Shown one piece after another: positions 25,214 through 38,526 of a DNA stretch of 64,000 nt. Position 1 is the first letter of the stretch; each line of letters starts with the position of its first letter. A program made the position numbers and the translations under genes. Source of the DNA: Raillietiella orientalis. Lineage: Eukaryota. The stretch spans positions 2,356,001 to 2,420,000 of the forward strand of contig JAYWIR010000015.1 of assembly GCA_036172245.1 (NCBI GenBank), read 5' to 3'. Below the pieces are notes generated by a model. That model was not told where the DNA came from. It saw nothing but the letters and a program-made list of their open reading frames with translations, and searched no databases.

Positions 25214-26997
25214 TCAATCAAAATAATCTTCTAAATCAACATCAGGCCTCAAGAAATCACTTCCAAATCTCGTAAGGTCTGTTTGATTGAGAATTAAGTT
25301 CTCAAATGTCTCTTCCAAGTCTGTTTCACCAATAAGAATTGCACCTTGCATCTTCCCATCTTTTAACAGTATTTTCACAAACTCTTGCCCTAAGTAGGCA
25401 ATAATAAAAACTTACTACTGTCGCTGTTTTACCTTCAGTAACACGGAGTTGAACTTCATAAGGTTCTTGCAAACCTTGTCCATTGAAGAGCCCAAGAAGT
25501 ATGACTTTCATGCCAAAAAAATATGTGACATGTGAAAAGATATCAAAACAAAAATCTTGATGAATCACATCATGTTCAAGATCCGCTACCATAACTTTGG
25601 CTGCATAATGCCCCATTTGTCTTGCTTGAGTCCACAGGCGCATCTAACAAATATGTAGTAATGAACACAAGATGATAATTTTTTACTTGAAACCAGTGGG
25701 GAGCAAGTAACCATCCTGCAGTACACACATCTCCTGCTGCATATATGTCAACTACACTAGTACGCATACCATCATCAACCAAAATACCCCCATCATCAGC
25801 AAGCTGCAATTCAGGGCAAGAACACTTAAAACAAGAAGCATCAGGCTGTACTCCAATGGCACATAAAATCAGATCACAACCAATCAGCTTTTCATTAGTC
25901 AAGTGTGCAAACACTGGCCACTGATTCTTTTCATTAGATGGTACACCAACACCTAATGCTTGATCAGGAGATAAGACATTTTGCAGTTGGCACTCTGTTT
26001 CAATTTCAAGTTTACAATGGCCTTCAGCACTGCCACACAAGAACAAGTCTTGCTGCCAATTAGGTCCTAGAGCTGTACCTCTGCTTTCAGTGTTTGTTTC
26101 TTCTGATACTACATATTTGCACCATTTGACTATATTCTTATCTGAAGTTTCAGGATGTGATCCCAACTTGTTCTGTAAAAATTTTGCAGCACTTGCATCT
26201 AGGAACTTATGTACAATATGTTTATCTTTGATAGCCCAAACTTTATCTACATTCTGCAATGAATATCTGAACAGATATTGCATCATTCCTTAATAACTAT
26301 GCTAACGTACATCACACTTACATAAGTTCTGTTGCTATACCTCCGTTGCCAACAATTACAATTTTCTTCACATTTTTTAATCTCTCTTGAAAAATATGAA
26401 CGGATGCTGTATCTCTAATAGTAATTAAATAGGGGCTATCATGAGAAACCTTTGCAAAACCTCCTGAGCAGACGCATAATTTTTTATAAAATACTTCCAA
26501 TTTATTGGCAAGCTGTACAGACTAGCATCATTTGTAAAATTACAGAATATTCCTCAAATATTGCCTTACGTGTTTTTTACTGTTGATACCAATGGCAGTC
26601 GCTTTGATAACCAATAAATTATGAAATTTGCATTGCCACAAATCAGCTTCTGTTTCTACAACCTTAAAATCTTCAAGTGTAGCAGTAAGCGATTCTACTT
26701 TATTTACTGCCTTTACCAATGATGATGATGTAATTAATATGATACGCTCATTTGGAACCAACACAGACAACTAACGCACAAAATCTTGGTTAAAAAAATA
26801 CAAACTAGGCATGCTGCGAAAACATGACACAAGTGATTTCTATTTTACGTTAAACTACCGAGAATGAGAATTTCCAGAAAAATGAATATATTACGCAAAT
26901 TCACTAATGATCATTGAATGACAATCACCTGTTCAGCACAGCTTACTCCCGCGATTCCTCCACCTACTATTACGAAAGTCCCACAGTAAGGATCCAT
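25214..26997 (-). CDS. PYROXD1: Pyridine nucleotide-disulfide oxidoreductase domain-containing protein 1, 6 exons
   Basis: Exons 26997-26929, 26770-26570, 26521-26322, 26266-25687, 25643-25433, 25389-25214 (1437 nt, 478 aa + TGA). Motifs: [97 protein letters not shown]-terminal EDYFD. Confidence 0.97.
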
Positions 26998-28199
26998 CGA
27001 AAAACACAATGATTTAATAATAATTATTAAAGCAATGAATATTACCTAACCTTTCTATGACGCACTATCACAAAACACATACGGTAAACCAAAAGGTTAA
27101 AGCACACGCATGCTAGAAAATTATGTAACAACGAATCTTTTTACTTCGTCTTCACAGCATCCTCAGTTCAGCAAGCGCAACGTAGTTATTACCTTTCATT
27201 TTTTTAATGCATCCATGTGGATGATTAATGCATGATTTGGAAGTGTCAGCAATGGTAACAGATTTAAACACGCAAACTTACTTTAAACACGCAAGTTAAA
27301 CAGAGAGAACTATTCTTATTTTGTCAAAACCTACGTATAATAGATACATAGCTTCACACAGCGTGATCCTTAGAATGTTATAATTCCTCTCGACTATGCA
27401 ACCCTCCGGCAGTCAATCCCAGCCATCATTATTCCCTTTTTGCACAAGACACATCCATTCCTCTTCTTTCTGATTATACAGGCGGATTCTTATGCAATTT
27501 CCCAGCTCCTGGCTTGGGGACTCCACCATAGTACGAGATTCTTCCGTTAGCAAAACCTAAACACCAGATAGGCCGATTTTGGGACTCCCGGATCCATCAG
27601 TTTCTCCGTTTGATGTTAACACAGGAAGAACAAAGAGTACTGATTGATGCAAAGTAATGCAATCAATAGTAAACCTGATATCTACTGAGACCAGTTCCCA
27701 TTTAAAATTGATCATGCACAAATTCGAAGAAGGCAGGGCAGGGTAAAATTTCAAATCGATCTAACAAATTAGTATTTCTGAATTCCATAATGCCTTCAAA
27801 TTTTCTGGAATAAAACTCTATCATCGAAAAGGCAGGAGCTTTACTTGCGGGAATCAGAAAAATCAGAGCAAAAATTGCGTACAAAATAAAAAAAAACTAA
27901 TTGCAACTCTGATTTACGTCAGAGTTTCACGTCACAACATTACCTACAGTCGCAAAATGAGTAGTGATGTTGCACTTCTCAAGTGTGGAACTGTTTATCC
28001 ACAGCAATATGTACAAAGTTTTTCTAAAATTTGGCACTGGAATTCATGTTCTGGTTTCTCTCATTAACAGACTTTCGTACGCTTATATATCGGTTATATA
28101 TCTTGCTTGTATGCAGAATGAATCTATCTTCTGCCAAAAATTATTCTGTAAATTTTCACATGGTTTTTGGTGTTTAATGGCAATTTCCGTTTTTTCCTG

Positions 28200-29350
28200 T
28201 TCCATAGGTGAAAAAACCTGCAAAAGAAAACACCTTTTGGAAGGATGTCGCTAACATCTGGACCGCTTAGAGTATTTGAGATATTTGCATGTAACTTGAT
28301 ATGTTTGTTTCAAAACTTACGACATATAGCTCACCATTTGCTCACAATGATCTACTTTAGAAAGTACTCTGGAAAAAAGGCATCCTTATCTACATTATTA
28401 TCGACATCCACAAAGGACATGTTCTTCAAAGTCGAAATCGTATTATCTTTTAGTGTGATGTTGTGTTTTCAACATATCCTTCTATATGTAACTCATTTCA
28501 TAGAATACTGTTCATTATGGAATGCCGAAACGTCTGAAATTTAGAATGCATGAGCAGGCGAGATCTGATGAAATCTGAAATCTGATGTGCAGTAAAGCAT
28601 TGAATTTCAAACTTTCTGATTTCTTCCGACTATTTACTTAATGCTAAATTTTACATTGCGCTTCAAATGCAAGGTTGAAGTTTCCTGCTTGAACTTCACG
28701 GTACATGGAGAAACCCACCACTCCCGGAAACTTCCTGGCCTCCAAAATTTTTCTTTTCCGTCATTTGCTGTATCTCCCTGCTTTCTCGATCCTCATAGAG
28801 AGAGCGGGTTGCATGGATGCTGCACTGTAAACAAGAATAAAATTGCAAGACTATAAGACAGGAGTTAAAAGTATACTTTCACTGCAAAACATGGAATACT
28901 CGTGCATTTCTCCTAGAATTAGAACTCTTTGGAACCTGTGAACCTATCGAATGGATGTAGTTGGTATACAGGATTCATCCGAACAAGGATCGAAAGATGT
29001 GATGGTGCCCTTTGGTTTTCGATAAATTATATAAGTTTTCTATAAAAAAAAAAAAAAAAACATGGTTCGCCCGTCTACAAGATCTTAAAGGCTCTAAAGG
29101 ATTGTTTTGAGACGCATATTTTTGTTTCCTTTCGAGAACAGAAATCGATATTTGGTCCATTCTTCTTCAGATAGCCTGAAATAAACAACAGAGTCGATTT
29201 TTATGGTGCCTCAACTAGGTAATCGACCTTCAGGCTGAAATATCGCGCAATCATCGTAAATCTTCATTAAATCCTGTGTATTAACAAGAACAAAGCATTC
29301 TCCCACATAGGTCATTACATGCAAATTTAAGCGATATGGAGACAGTGCAA
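28200..29350 (+). mobile_element. Degraded RTE-like RT
   Basis: STKDMFFKVEIVL (cf. ST.DqIF.lr.il), LYVTHFIEY (cf. FiDf), VHGETHHSRKLPGLQ, EINNRV. Confidence 0.45.
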
Positions 29351-29469
29351 ACCTTGTGCCTGCACTACAACTTGAAATTTAACCAATAAAAAAGCAGCCA
29401 GGTAAAGCAGAGAATGATGGACGAAGCAACTGATGAGTGTAAGAGTTTCGATAATTATCTTCGCAGCTG

Positions 29470-30150
29470 AGCATGATCCATGGTGATCATTTGGCGGCTG
29501 GTTTCCTGCAGTTGACGTTTCCAAAGTGTCTTCGAAATGATTGCTTCGTTAGTGTCCTGGACATTGATTCTTTCAAGCATGCTCCCTTCAGGTTTTCGGC
29601 TCATAAAATCCCATTATTTCAGCACCTGACTTTTTTGCTTTCCTTTTATACAGATGATGAATTTCCTTTGAGAAAACAACAATTTTATATGACTATCGCT
29701 CCCTCTCTTGAGTTTGGTCCTTAGATCGAAGGATATTTGTGCCACTGCTCACCTCGGAGGCGTTTTCGACTGCCTTCGGCTCGTATGACACTGTGCAAAA
29801 GACCTCCACGATCTACTGAGTGTTTTGGCCTATTTGAATGGTAATTTTATTGTCTCTTTCAAAAGATGTGAATGACCTTTCATTTTCTAAAAATCAATGG
29901 AAACATGGATTTCAACAAAGCCTCAATGAAGAACCGAAAAGAGACTTCCGGCAGTGACGGTTTAAGTATGAACCAACGTTGCTGAGGCGGATGAAACAAC
30001 ACACGAACAAACGCGCAAAGATGCTCCTTTTTGTAGATGGTTGAAATCATCGATACCCTAAAGAGAGAGCTTTCTTTAGGGTACTGCTTATTTCTTTCTT
30101 CTTGAAACACTGAAAGATGTGGGTAGGTGATAGTTCTGATGAATGCAAGG
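29470..30150 (+). mobile_element. Degraded Penelope-like RT
   Basis: FVSVLDIDSF, EFPLRKQQFY, LAYLNGNFIVSFKRCE*PF (cf. yLN...ikFT.E...pFLD). Confidence 0.4.
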
Positions 30151-30349
30151 GAGCTGAGGGAGGTTGTCTGCAGCACAGAGGCTCGGAAACGACGGCTGTA
30201 TCCTCGGTAGCGAAAATGATGGAGAGTAGCCCAGTGAACTCAACAAACTTGCCAACAACCTACGGCCGCTCCCGCAATTACGTTCGTTTTCTGTGCTGGT
30301 AAACAGCCTGCTCTCAGCTTCCCTGGATTCATCAGATCTGCCAACCACC

Positions 30350-30800
30350 TAAGAAAACAACCATTTCTGACACAATGCAAAGACAAACAAATATACAAGG
30401 AAATTTTCTTTCCAATGCGACCAGTCTGTGCAGGTATCCCTCCCCCGACCGCAGTTTTGATTAGTAAGCTGGTTCCGGTGAGGGTCGCATCGATCGAGCA
30501 AAGTAGGTGCTGCTTGGTTTTGAACAGGGAACAAACACGCCTACGAAGCGTATCTAGCTTATGAGGAGCACCGGAACAAAAAGGTCCCTCTCTTCAGGAA
30601 GGGGAAGACGAGCACCCTGGACTGCTGCTAGCGAGAGAGGAACTTGTTCCGCAACGCATCGGCAGAAAAGCGACTTGCTCCACACTTCCTTCGCGGAGCG
30701 CATGCGGCAGTGGTGCAGGTTCTTCTCCCTGCCGAGCGCCTTGGTGCTACAGTGGAGGCAGCCGCCCAAAGGAGAATTCTAATTTTGATTCGTTGCTGCG
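30350..30800 (-). mobile_element. L1/Tx1-like ORF2 3' end (zinc-finger region), degraded
   Basis: GGCLHCSTK...LHHC..SAKEVWSK (cf. C..C..ET..H...C..ak.vW), LLI-ARYAS*. Confidence 0.45.
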
Positions 30801-32049
30801 GACTGCTTCCGAACGTGGACTTCGTTTGGTACGAGACTACTGCAGGACCTCCAGTAAGCTCGAGGTCCGATGCTTCCGGAAACGAGTTTTTTTTCTTCTT
30901 TTCTTTCATGACTTCCGTCTGGGTCGCACACCACCCGCGTAGGAACGAGAGGAGGGTTCCATCAAGTAGACTTGTAGCAACGCGCTCCTGTCTCCACGTG
31001 TAAGAAACACTCCATGTGCCCCATTCCGATTCACGCCCTCAAGACAGCGTCGCTCATATCAGATCCGATGAGATTGTGGACCCGTCCCCATGGCCTCCAG
31101 GACTCCAGACAAAGGAGGCATCCTCAATAGCGTTTGATCTTCTTCGGGAAGGAGATGCCGCGCTGACCGAAAAGGGGTTTCAAAACAGAGGGAAGAATGA
31201 ACGTGATCAGGGAGTATTTTTTTCTTCTCTCTCTTGAAGGAAGAGCTGAGCTCAAATGAACGGGATGAAGAATGAAGTCAGATGCTGAATGACTTTCCCA
31301 GTAGTCTTGCAAGACCAGAGACCAATAAACCACTCCTCCGCACAACGTCCCACATCTCACTATTGCCCTTTCGGATCTTCCGCGAAATGCATTTCCTGAT
31401 CCCCTGTCAGATTGCTGCTTCTGCAGAAAAAGTAGTGCATCTTTTGAAATTCACTGAGCACTTTTCTGGAAGAGACCGAGAAAGGAAGAACATCACTGGG
31501 CTCGAAATTTCTGAGGACACACATCTTCGGCGCGACATGTCAGGAGTTACGAAGTGAAGTAATTGGCGAGAGGGACAGAGGGCGGGAAGAGGGCATCAAC
31601 CAGCACGGTTTTGGGCTCCGAGGTACTTCCTCGGAACAAGCACCGGTGCTCGTCCTAAATGGGAGAAGCAAGGATCCACAGACAGGGACTGCTGACCCTC
31701 GTCCCTCTCCCGGATCCTATTATCGCGGACGCTGAAGCTGTCTGCCTGATCCCAGAAATGACCCGAGGAATTGAAGGCCCTGTTCGGCGTGTCAGCAGCT
31801 TAATCTGAGGCGCCTCTCTCTTTTCTCGGACGGAGATTGCAGCCCGTGGTTGTCTGAAGACGATCGATAGGAATGCAAGCAGCAAATGCACCTAATTGTG
31901 GAGCCTGCAAGCAACGCTTATGGCTCTAGTTGCGAAGACCCGTAATCTCATTTTCGGCTCAGGGGGGCTTTTCGCTCGTTCATTACAGAATTGTCAATTG
32001 TCGGCAAACAAATGGGCGGAAACGGGATGCGTTTTGCTCTTTGTGACGC

Positions 32050-33870
32050 CGGGACGGCGTCTTATTCACCCCTTCCTTCCAAAAAAACTAAACAAAACAA
32101 ACAAAGAAATAAAGATGCAGGATGGGAATCCCGCGTCCTTAATGGGATCCTACACACTCACTGTCTGGCGTGCACTTCGTCCTGGAAGGAGGTCTTTTGT
32201 GGACAACAAGTGGACAAATAGTACAAATACGAGCGGCGAAGACAGCGTGGAAGGGGGGGGTCACCGGGTTTCGAGCGTTCTGGCCCTCAATCCTTGCACG
32301 ATGCGGGCGATGACCTCCCAGCTGCTGCAGTCAGGTAGGGTCACCCCCCGTTCCCCACAGCACGAGAATGGCTGAGGTGGGGCAGGGGTAGCCCCATCCG
32401 AAGCTACCCCTGGAGTGGTTCTGTCTCATGAATGGAGTTGCTTTGACATTGTTAATGCATCACAAGATGGCTCCCTCTGCCACGGGAGGCCAGCGAAAGT
32501 CCGCCCGTGGAGAAGAAAGGCCCTCAAGAGTTCTTTGGGGATGTCGTCCAAGTGGGAAAGCAGAATGTGCTCCCATCTCTAACTGGGGGACGTGCTGATC
32601 CATTGATAGGTTCAGGAGGTCACATTCTTCCAATCTGCACCTCATGCGGTTTGGTGATAATGACCTCACATTCCACGGAAGGGGAGTGCCGCAAGAGAAG
32701 TGCTGTCATCTGCTGCATGCGGGGGATGGAAACTGTTCAAACACGAGGAGACGTACCACTTGTCCTCGGGACAAGTCAGACAGCTCCGAGAAGCGAGGAC
32801 GCGGGGCAGCAGCAGCAGTCCCTGAGAGCGTCCATCGGCATGGACAACACTACAAAGGCGCGGCAGCGACGAGAAGACAAACTGACAGGAAAGGCCCTCC
32901 GGATTGTTTTGAAGAAGCAGGAATCCTCGCGTTTCTCTAGCATCCCGTATCATTACGGTATCTCCGGTGAAGGGTCCGATCCGGCGGCGGCACCTTGAAG
33001 GCGAGACCCACTCGACCTCGGTGGGAAAGCAGGAGAGGTCGAAAAGCTATCCGGCTCTGGGATAAATGGCCGTGGGACACGCAGTCGGGATGCAACGGAA
33101 CAAAGGAACTGAGGATCTCCGAGGGTGAGGAGCGGTGCCAGGAAGAGGACGCTGTGTTCGGAGCCTCTGGAGTCGGAACAAAGCTCTTCTCGGTCCCGGA
33201 ACTCTAGATCTGAATCTAGGAGGGCAGCGGAGGAACCACACACGGGATGGTAAGCGTTCGGGGCTACAAGTTCCTCAGCGGAAGCGAAGGAGACACCGAA
33301 CCCTCGGGAAAGGTCCCCCGTCACCATGCACTCCCCAAGGATCGCCGTTCCCTTTCCTGGCGATTTGCTCACGAGGATCGGCACGGAGGGTGGGTGCCCT
33401 CCTGCGAACTCAGCGCGCCACCGCGCGCATGGCTTTGCTTTCGTGTCACGGGCGCGCGCCAAGGTGAGCGGAGGAGAGGATGTAGTAGACGTCCGGGGAG
33501 CCAACCATCACACTGCGAATAATCGGAAGTGCATTCGAGTAGAAGAACGCGCGTACGAGAGCTCGAGCACGGAAGCCTACGAGAGCTTCCGCGGACGACC
33601 GCCGTCGCTGCCGCCACAGACGTTTCTGCGAAGTGAGGGGGCAGAGCTCCATCCTCCGGCTCCGCTCCGTCGTATGGAGGCGGAAGCCAGAGGAGGGAAG
33701 TAAAATCGATTCCCGAGATCCGACAGCGGGACGGTTTCGCAAACCGCTTGGCGAGCAGGCAGACCAGAGAGCTCCTGCGGAAAGAACAGGCGGGGTTTCT
33801 ATGCAGGACGCCCAACCTGGGAGCCTCATGCGGCATCTTTTCCCGTGCCACCGTGCGCGATCTCACTCCT
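32050..33870 (-). mobile_element. L1/Tx1-like LINE relic: RT, C-terminal zinc finger and 3' UTR
   Basis: GAEPEDGALPPHF, RRLPCS, DVYYILSSAHLGAR, VTGDLSRGF, SRGSEHSVLFLAPLL, SSGSRL, LSSRRCRAFVVLSMP, KELLRAFLLHGR..SCD; stop TGA at 32263-32261, then a C-run and a U-rich tract. Confidence 0.6.
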
Positions 33871-34549
33871 GGAAGGTGGAACTGTGAAGAGAGGGATCGA
33901 GGGGCACACGGGAATCCTCTCCTTCAGTTCGCGTGGATGCCTCTCCTCCTGTCGGGAAGGAAAGAAACACAAGAGATTGCACCTCTCTTTTCACCACTTG
34001 GAAGGTGTCATGCCTCTCGACGGTCTCAGTGGTGTTCCTTCCTCAGCAGCTCGGTGAAGGCCCTTCTCTAGTGCACAAAATGCTCCGGCGTTGTCGTCGT
34101 CGTTGTTGTTGTTTTGGGGGGGGGAAGGGAAAGGGGGGAGGAAGCGTGGGAACCTGGCTGCTCGATGCTGATCGCCTCAACAGATCGGTATTACCTGCCG
34201 GAGTTGTCGTGGGTAATCGGAAAAGGGGAAGAGTTGACAGGAAGCTCCTGCGCCGTTAAGCGCCGCTTCCGGAAGTTTCTGGTGTGACCCTGGTTACTCA
34301 GGAGAATTCAGTTCCGTTTCCGCTCCAGTTTGTTTTGTTTTTTGCTCAGAGGAGACAAGAAGGGAATACGCGTGTAAATTGGGGACCACGGCACCAGTAA
34401 GGTCAGTCCTTGGAGCTAAAGGAAGGTACAACCATCGAAGCGGAGAGGGAGGCACAAATGAAGAACTAAACAGTTGGAACGAGCGAAGGAGATTACGGGA
34501 TACTGCGACGTGGACCACCTCGACCTGCGAGATGACATCGGCGACTTTG

Positions 34550-37500
34550 TCATTTACATGCTGATTCAAGTGTTGCCATCTTCTCGCTCCCTGTAGCAAG
34601 GATTGACATTGAAAGTGGTTTTACATTGCCACCAGTTCCTCTTCGCGCTACCAAACTTTCGTGAGCATATCGGCGTTGCAGTCACTGCAGAACTGGTCGA
34701 GAGCCCATTCTTCGAGCTGAGAACCATCTCAGGGGACTTCTGAGAGGCACTCCTGTCTCGGAAGTCAAAGACGCCACGGGGTGTTGCCAGTCCAGAAGAA
34801 GCTTAAGACAGTGCACTCTCAGACTCTTCGATGAGGAAATGACACGAACTTTCTAAAAAGGACAGCCTTCTGGATGGGACTTTTTACAAGTCAGAGCACA
34901 AGATGATAAAAGAACGCTCAGCAGCAGACGAAATGACGCATGCATTTGCAGCTAGTCACTCCGTGCCATTTGTTATAGAAATAACCATGAGTAAGTAGGA
35001 ACCAACCTTCCAAGAAAACCGGAAGTTTAGGAAGTAGGCGCTAATAGAGAGGTCAGCTGAGCACGAAGATCTTCGGATAGATAAATCAACTCATGCAGCA
35101 ACGGTCTGTGTGGAGATCAGGGGATGCCGGGCATTGGGATCTCTGGTCCGAGTCCTGTGGTCCGTAGGAAGCATAGTTGGCATCGTTTCTCCTTTCAGAT
35201 GAGGCAATCTGGATGCACTCCTCGGCATTAAGGTAGATAGGAGGGTGACTTTCTGTAGATGTTAACGTGTCTTGACTGTGTAGCAGGCGGTCACCAGCCT
35301 GTCTCGAAGAAACACAAATTTGTAACCCCTCTCCGGTAACCGCAAATCCGTCCCCCACCTAGAAATGATGCAGAAGATCCCTGATAACGATTTATAGATG
35401 CTAAAGCGTCATGAAACGATCTTCCATTGCAAGTAGAAGATCCTTCTTCAAGCCATATACACCAGCGCAAGCTGAAGATTCCATTGGCTCGTTCGTGGGA
35501 CAGTTCTTCATCGAGAATTGCCAGCTCTCGTTACGCGGGATGACTCAGAACAGGAAGAGCATATCACCGCATGCTTGCTTCCACCTGGAGCGAAGCGCGA
35601 TATCCACGCACAATGGGATCCTGTTCACCGGTTCAGGTTCTTCGGCCAAATCTTTGCGGTCGAAGAAGACTTAGCACTTTCCAAGGAATCTTCATTGCTC
35701 CTGCTAATGGGACGCAAGAGAACCTCCACCCTTCCAATTGGCAACCGCTTCGCACTCCTCTTCCTAAGAGAAAACGAAGTAGCTCGATGGTTGCACGCTT
35801 CTCGCCCCAACCATCAAGAGATGCATCTCTCTTCTGAGCGCTCGAACAAAGGGCGAGGTTTATGGGTTTATAAGAGTCAAGAGTAGTGAAAATAGGAGTA
35901 GGAAAGTCTGATGCTCGGCACCCCGGACTACAGCAATACGGGTGGTTGTAGTTGAAGCTGAGCCGCATCGGCGGAGGGATCCAACGACGAGTTCCACTGT
36001 ATTTTTCAAGGTGAATCCATAACGATGGAACAAGGGCAACACATTCCTCGGAAGTGAGGCGGGGAGGGTGTGCCCGATTCCTGAGTCTCGCGGAAGGAAA
36101 GGAGCAACTCGAGCCCACAATCATAGTGAAAAGAGCCGAAATTCCTTCTCAAGCTGAGTGAGTGGGTGGGCGGATGGGCCACCGAAGTTTTGCTGAGATC
36201 CTACGGGGTCCAGATGGCGAGATCTTCCGATCACAGCCAAATTCAGTCTTTCGGTGGATGAAAAAATCTTGTGAAAAAATTGAAGGATCGCAGACCGCGC
36301 CATTCTTACGTCACTTCCTCTTCCGCAAGGAAAAGAACAGACTACAGCCTGGTAGGAAGTGACCTAAAATGGCGGGAAAAACGGAATGAAAAATGAAAAC
36401 AAAGAAAAAAACGAAAAATGGTGGGAAGGAAGTACAACCGTGCAAGTTAGGAAGGAAAGAAAATATCCGGGCATCACCAACTGTCATCGTCGTCAGAGAC
36501 AGAGATGATGTGAGCCGATACCCCACATGAGCCAGAAATCGCGGTTCTTTAGGAAAAGACAAGAGAAGAGAAAGGAAAGAATCTTTTCGCTGATGTGAGG
36601 AGCAAGTCGTGCCTTGAGTGATTCTCGACGTCACTTGTGATGGTCTCTCATCTACACCGTGACGGTGGCAGCTTCTTCCCTAAGGTCAGCATGTGCTAGA
36701 GAATTATATCCGACGCGACGGTCACATACTTAAAGGAGACCCATAATGATCGATTTGGTGATCTCGGAGGGATACCTAGAGATCATTATCTGGATGGTAC
36801 AAGGGTTAGTACTTGAGTTTTGACACTTTTCTGGGAGCATCCTCGAGACCATCTTTTTCTTCGTCCTGCCTGAAGTGCAAGGAGGAATGGCTGCTTCAGA
36901 TGACGACATCCATTCTTAGGCTTCCTGTTTTTCAAGAATTCGCTCATTTCCAGAGAAAAAATCTTTACAGTCCAGAGATGCTGCTGCTCTGCAGGTTGTC
37001 TCCAGTCCTCTTTCCATGCCAGCCCTGGCAGAAAGAGGATTGAAGAGTGACGTGAGAGGCGTATGCTCCAAGATACCATCAGTCCCTAGAGGATTGTCTT
37101 CTTGGAACGCCAAACTCAGAACATACAGAGCCGACTGCTTATTCTTGCTGTGCGTCCCATGTATCTCCTGAGGGGTTATCCCATCCTGTCAAAACAGAAC
37201 TTTCAAGAGTCGCTGGAGAGCACTCTCGGCTTCCTGAGGAACCGGACTCTGGAGAATTCGTCTCCGAGGCGGACATGGGGTAGGGAGTGCGTACAATATT
37301 CGTGGTGGTCTCGAAGAATTCGAACGACTGCGTGCGTTCGTCGTTAAGGACCAGATCGTGATCTTCGCATCTCGCACGTGCTGGCGGTAGCTCAAGAGGT
37401 GAAGGTTTCTTCTCACGGATTCGAAAGCTGCTCGTGCAGCATTCTCAGAAAACAAGGGAAGTATCTCGAAGCAATGACAGCAGATTCCAGGCTCTTCTTC

Positions 37501-38000
37501 TGAGAGAGAAGAGTCAGAAATGCAGACTTGTATCTCTCAGCAAAAAGATGAGCAGGTTTGAAGGGAGGAGGCGATTCGAGATAGAGATAGAGTAGTTGTC
37601 ATGAGCAGGGAACAAGAGAATGCTGGTACTCCGAACTTTAGAAAAGGTTCAGCAGGAAAGGGGGAGGGGAAAGGCAGTTTTTTTTCACCACATGGTCCAC
37701 CGTGGTGGGTGCTGAGGAGTGCAGTCTCCGAGATCAGGGACTGCACTCCTCAAGTGCTTGTCAAATTTCTTGTCAAACTTCGTAAAGGACGCGTTTTGCT
37801 TCCGTCCTTCCTCGTTCACTTTCCATAGTGGTCTTGGAAGGGATGAAACAAGAGCAGCTTCTTTACCACGTCTTCTTCCTTATTGAAAACTGTCTCTCCT
37901 GTCTTATATACTGCAGAATCTTCTGGGGTCTGTGGTCCCCTGCGGGAGAGGTTAAGAGGGAAAAGGAAGAGAATTAGGGGGAAAGAAATAGGCATAGGAA
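34550..38000 (+). mobile_element. Near full-length degraded L1/Tx1-like ORF2 (APE-RT-zinc finger)
   Basis: TISGDF* (34723-34743), GTFY and ASHSVP in the same frame; then LPALV..EEHIT, PSNWQPL (cf. NWRPI), NDG..EVRREGVP, VQGLVLEF*, VLPEVQGGMA (cf. lP..GGlG), PPW, EQLLYHVFF, in canonical order. Confidence 0.62.
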
Positions 38001-38526
38001 GGGGGACGAATGAGAAGGCCATCTCAGTTTCTTCCCCTCAGGGACTTCTCCCATGGGAGAGACGACACTATCTCGAAGGAAGTGCGGCTGCATCAAGAGA
38101 AGATAGAAACACGGGCCATCCAATTCGCATGGGGTTGCTTTCTCTCTCCTATTTACGGAGAACCCTCAGGCAATGTTCCATAACGCGACCTGCCCTATCC
38201 CGTCCGCTGATGTGTTCTGAACGTCCTTTGACGATCTCACCACTCAAAAAAGGGAGTGAAGAGATGAAGTGATGAAATGATGAAAGAGGACGAGGAGGAA
38301 CGGAAGAAGGGTGGAAAGGTGAAAGGGAAGAAGGGACTGAAGAGGGCTGACGAGTCGTCTGAGAATCACTTTGTGATATGTCCAGAAAGTCCTTCGGAGA
38401 AAGAGCTCAGCATCTGGGATTCAGGCGGAGAGGCAAAGAGGGGAAGGAGGTTGGTGTACCTGATGTCAAGAGTGACCTGCTGGAGCATTGCCCTTGTGGT
38501 TGCAACCTACGACCTCTTATTAGTCC

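Noticed and set aside
32580..32690. WNVRSL...DLL resembling an APE N-terminus on the minus strand
   Set aside because: It sits between the post-RT and zinc-finger motifs of the 32050-33870 relic, the wrong position for an endonuclease start; probably chance.
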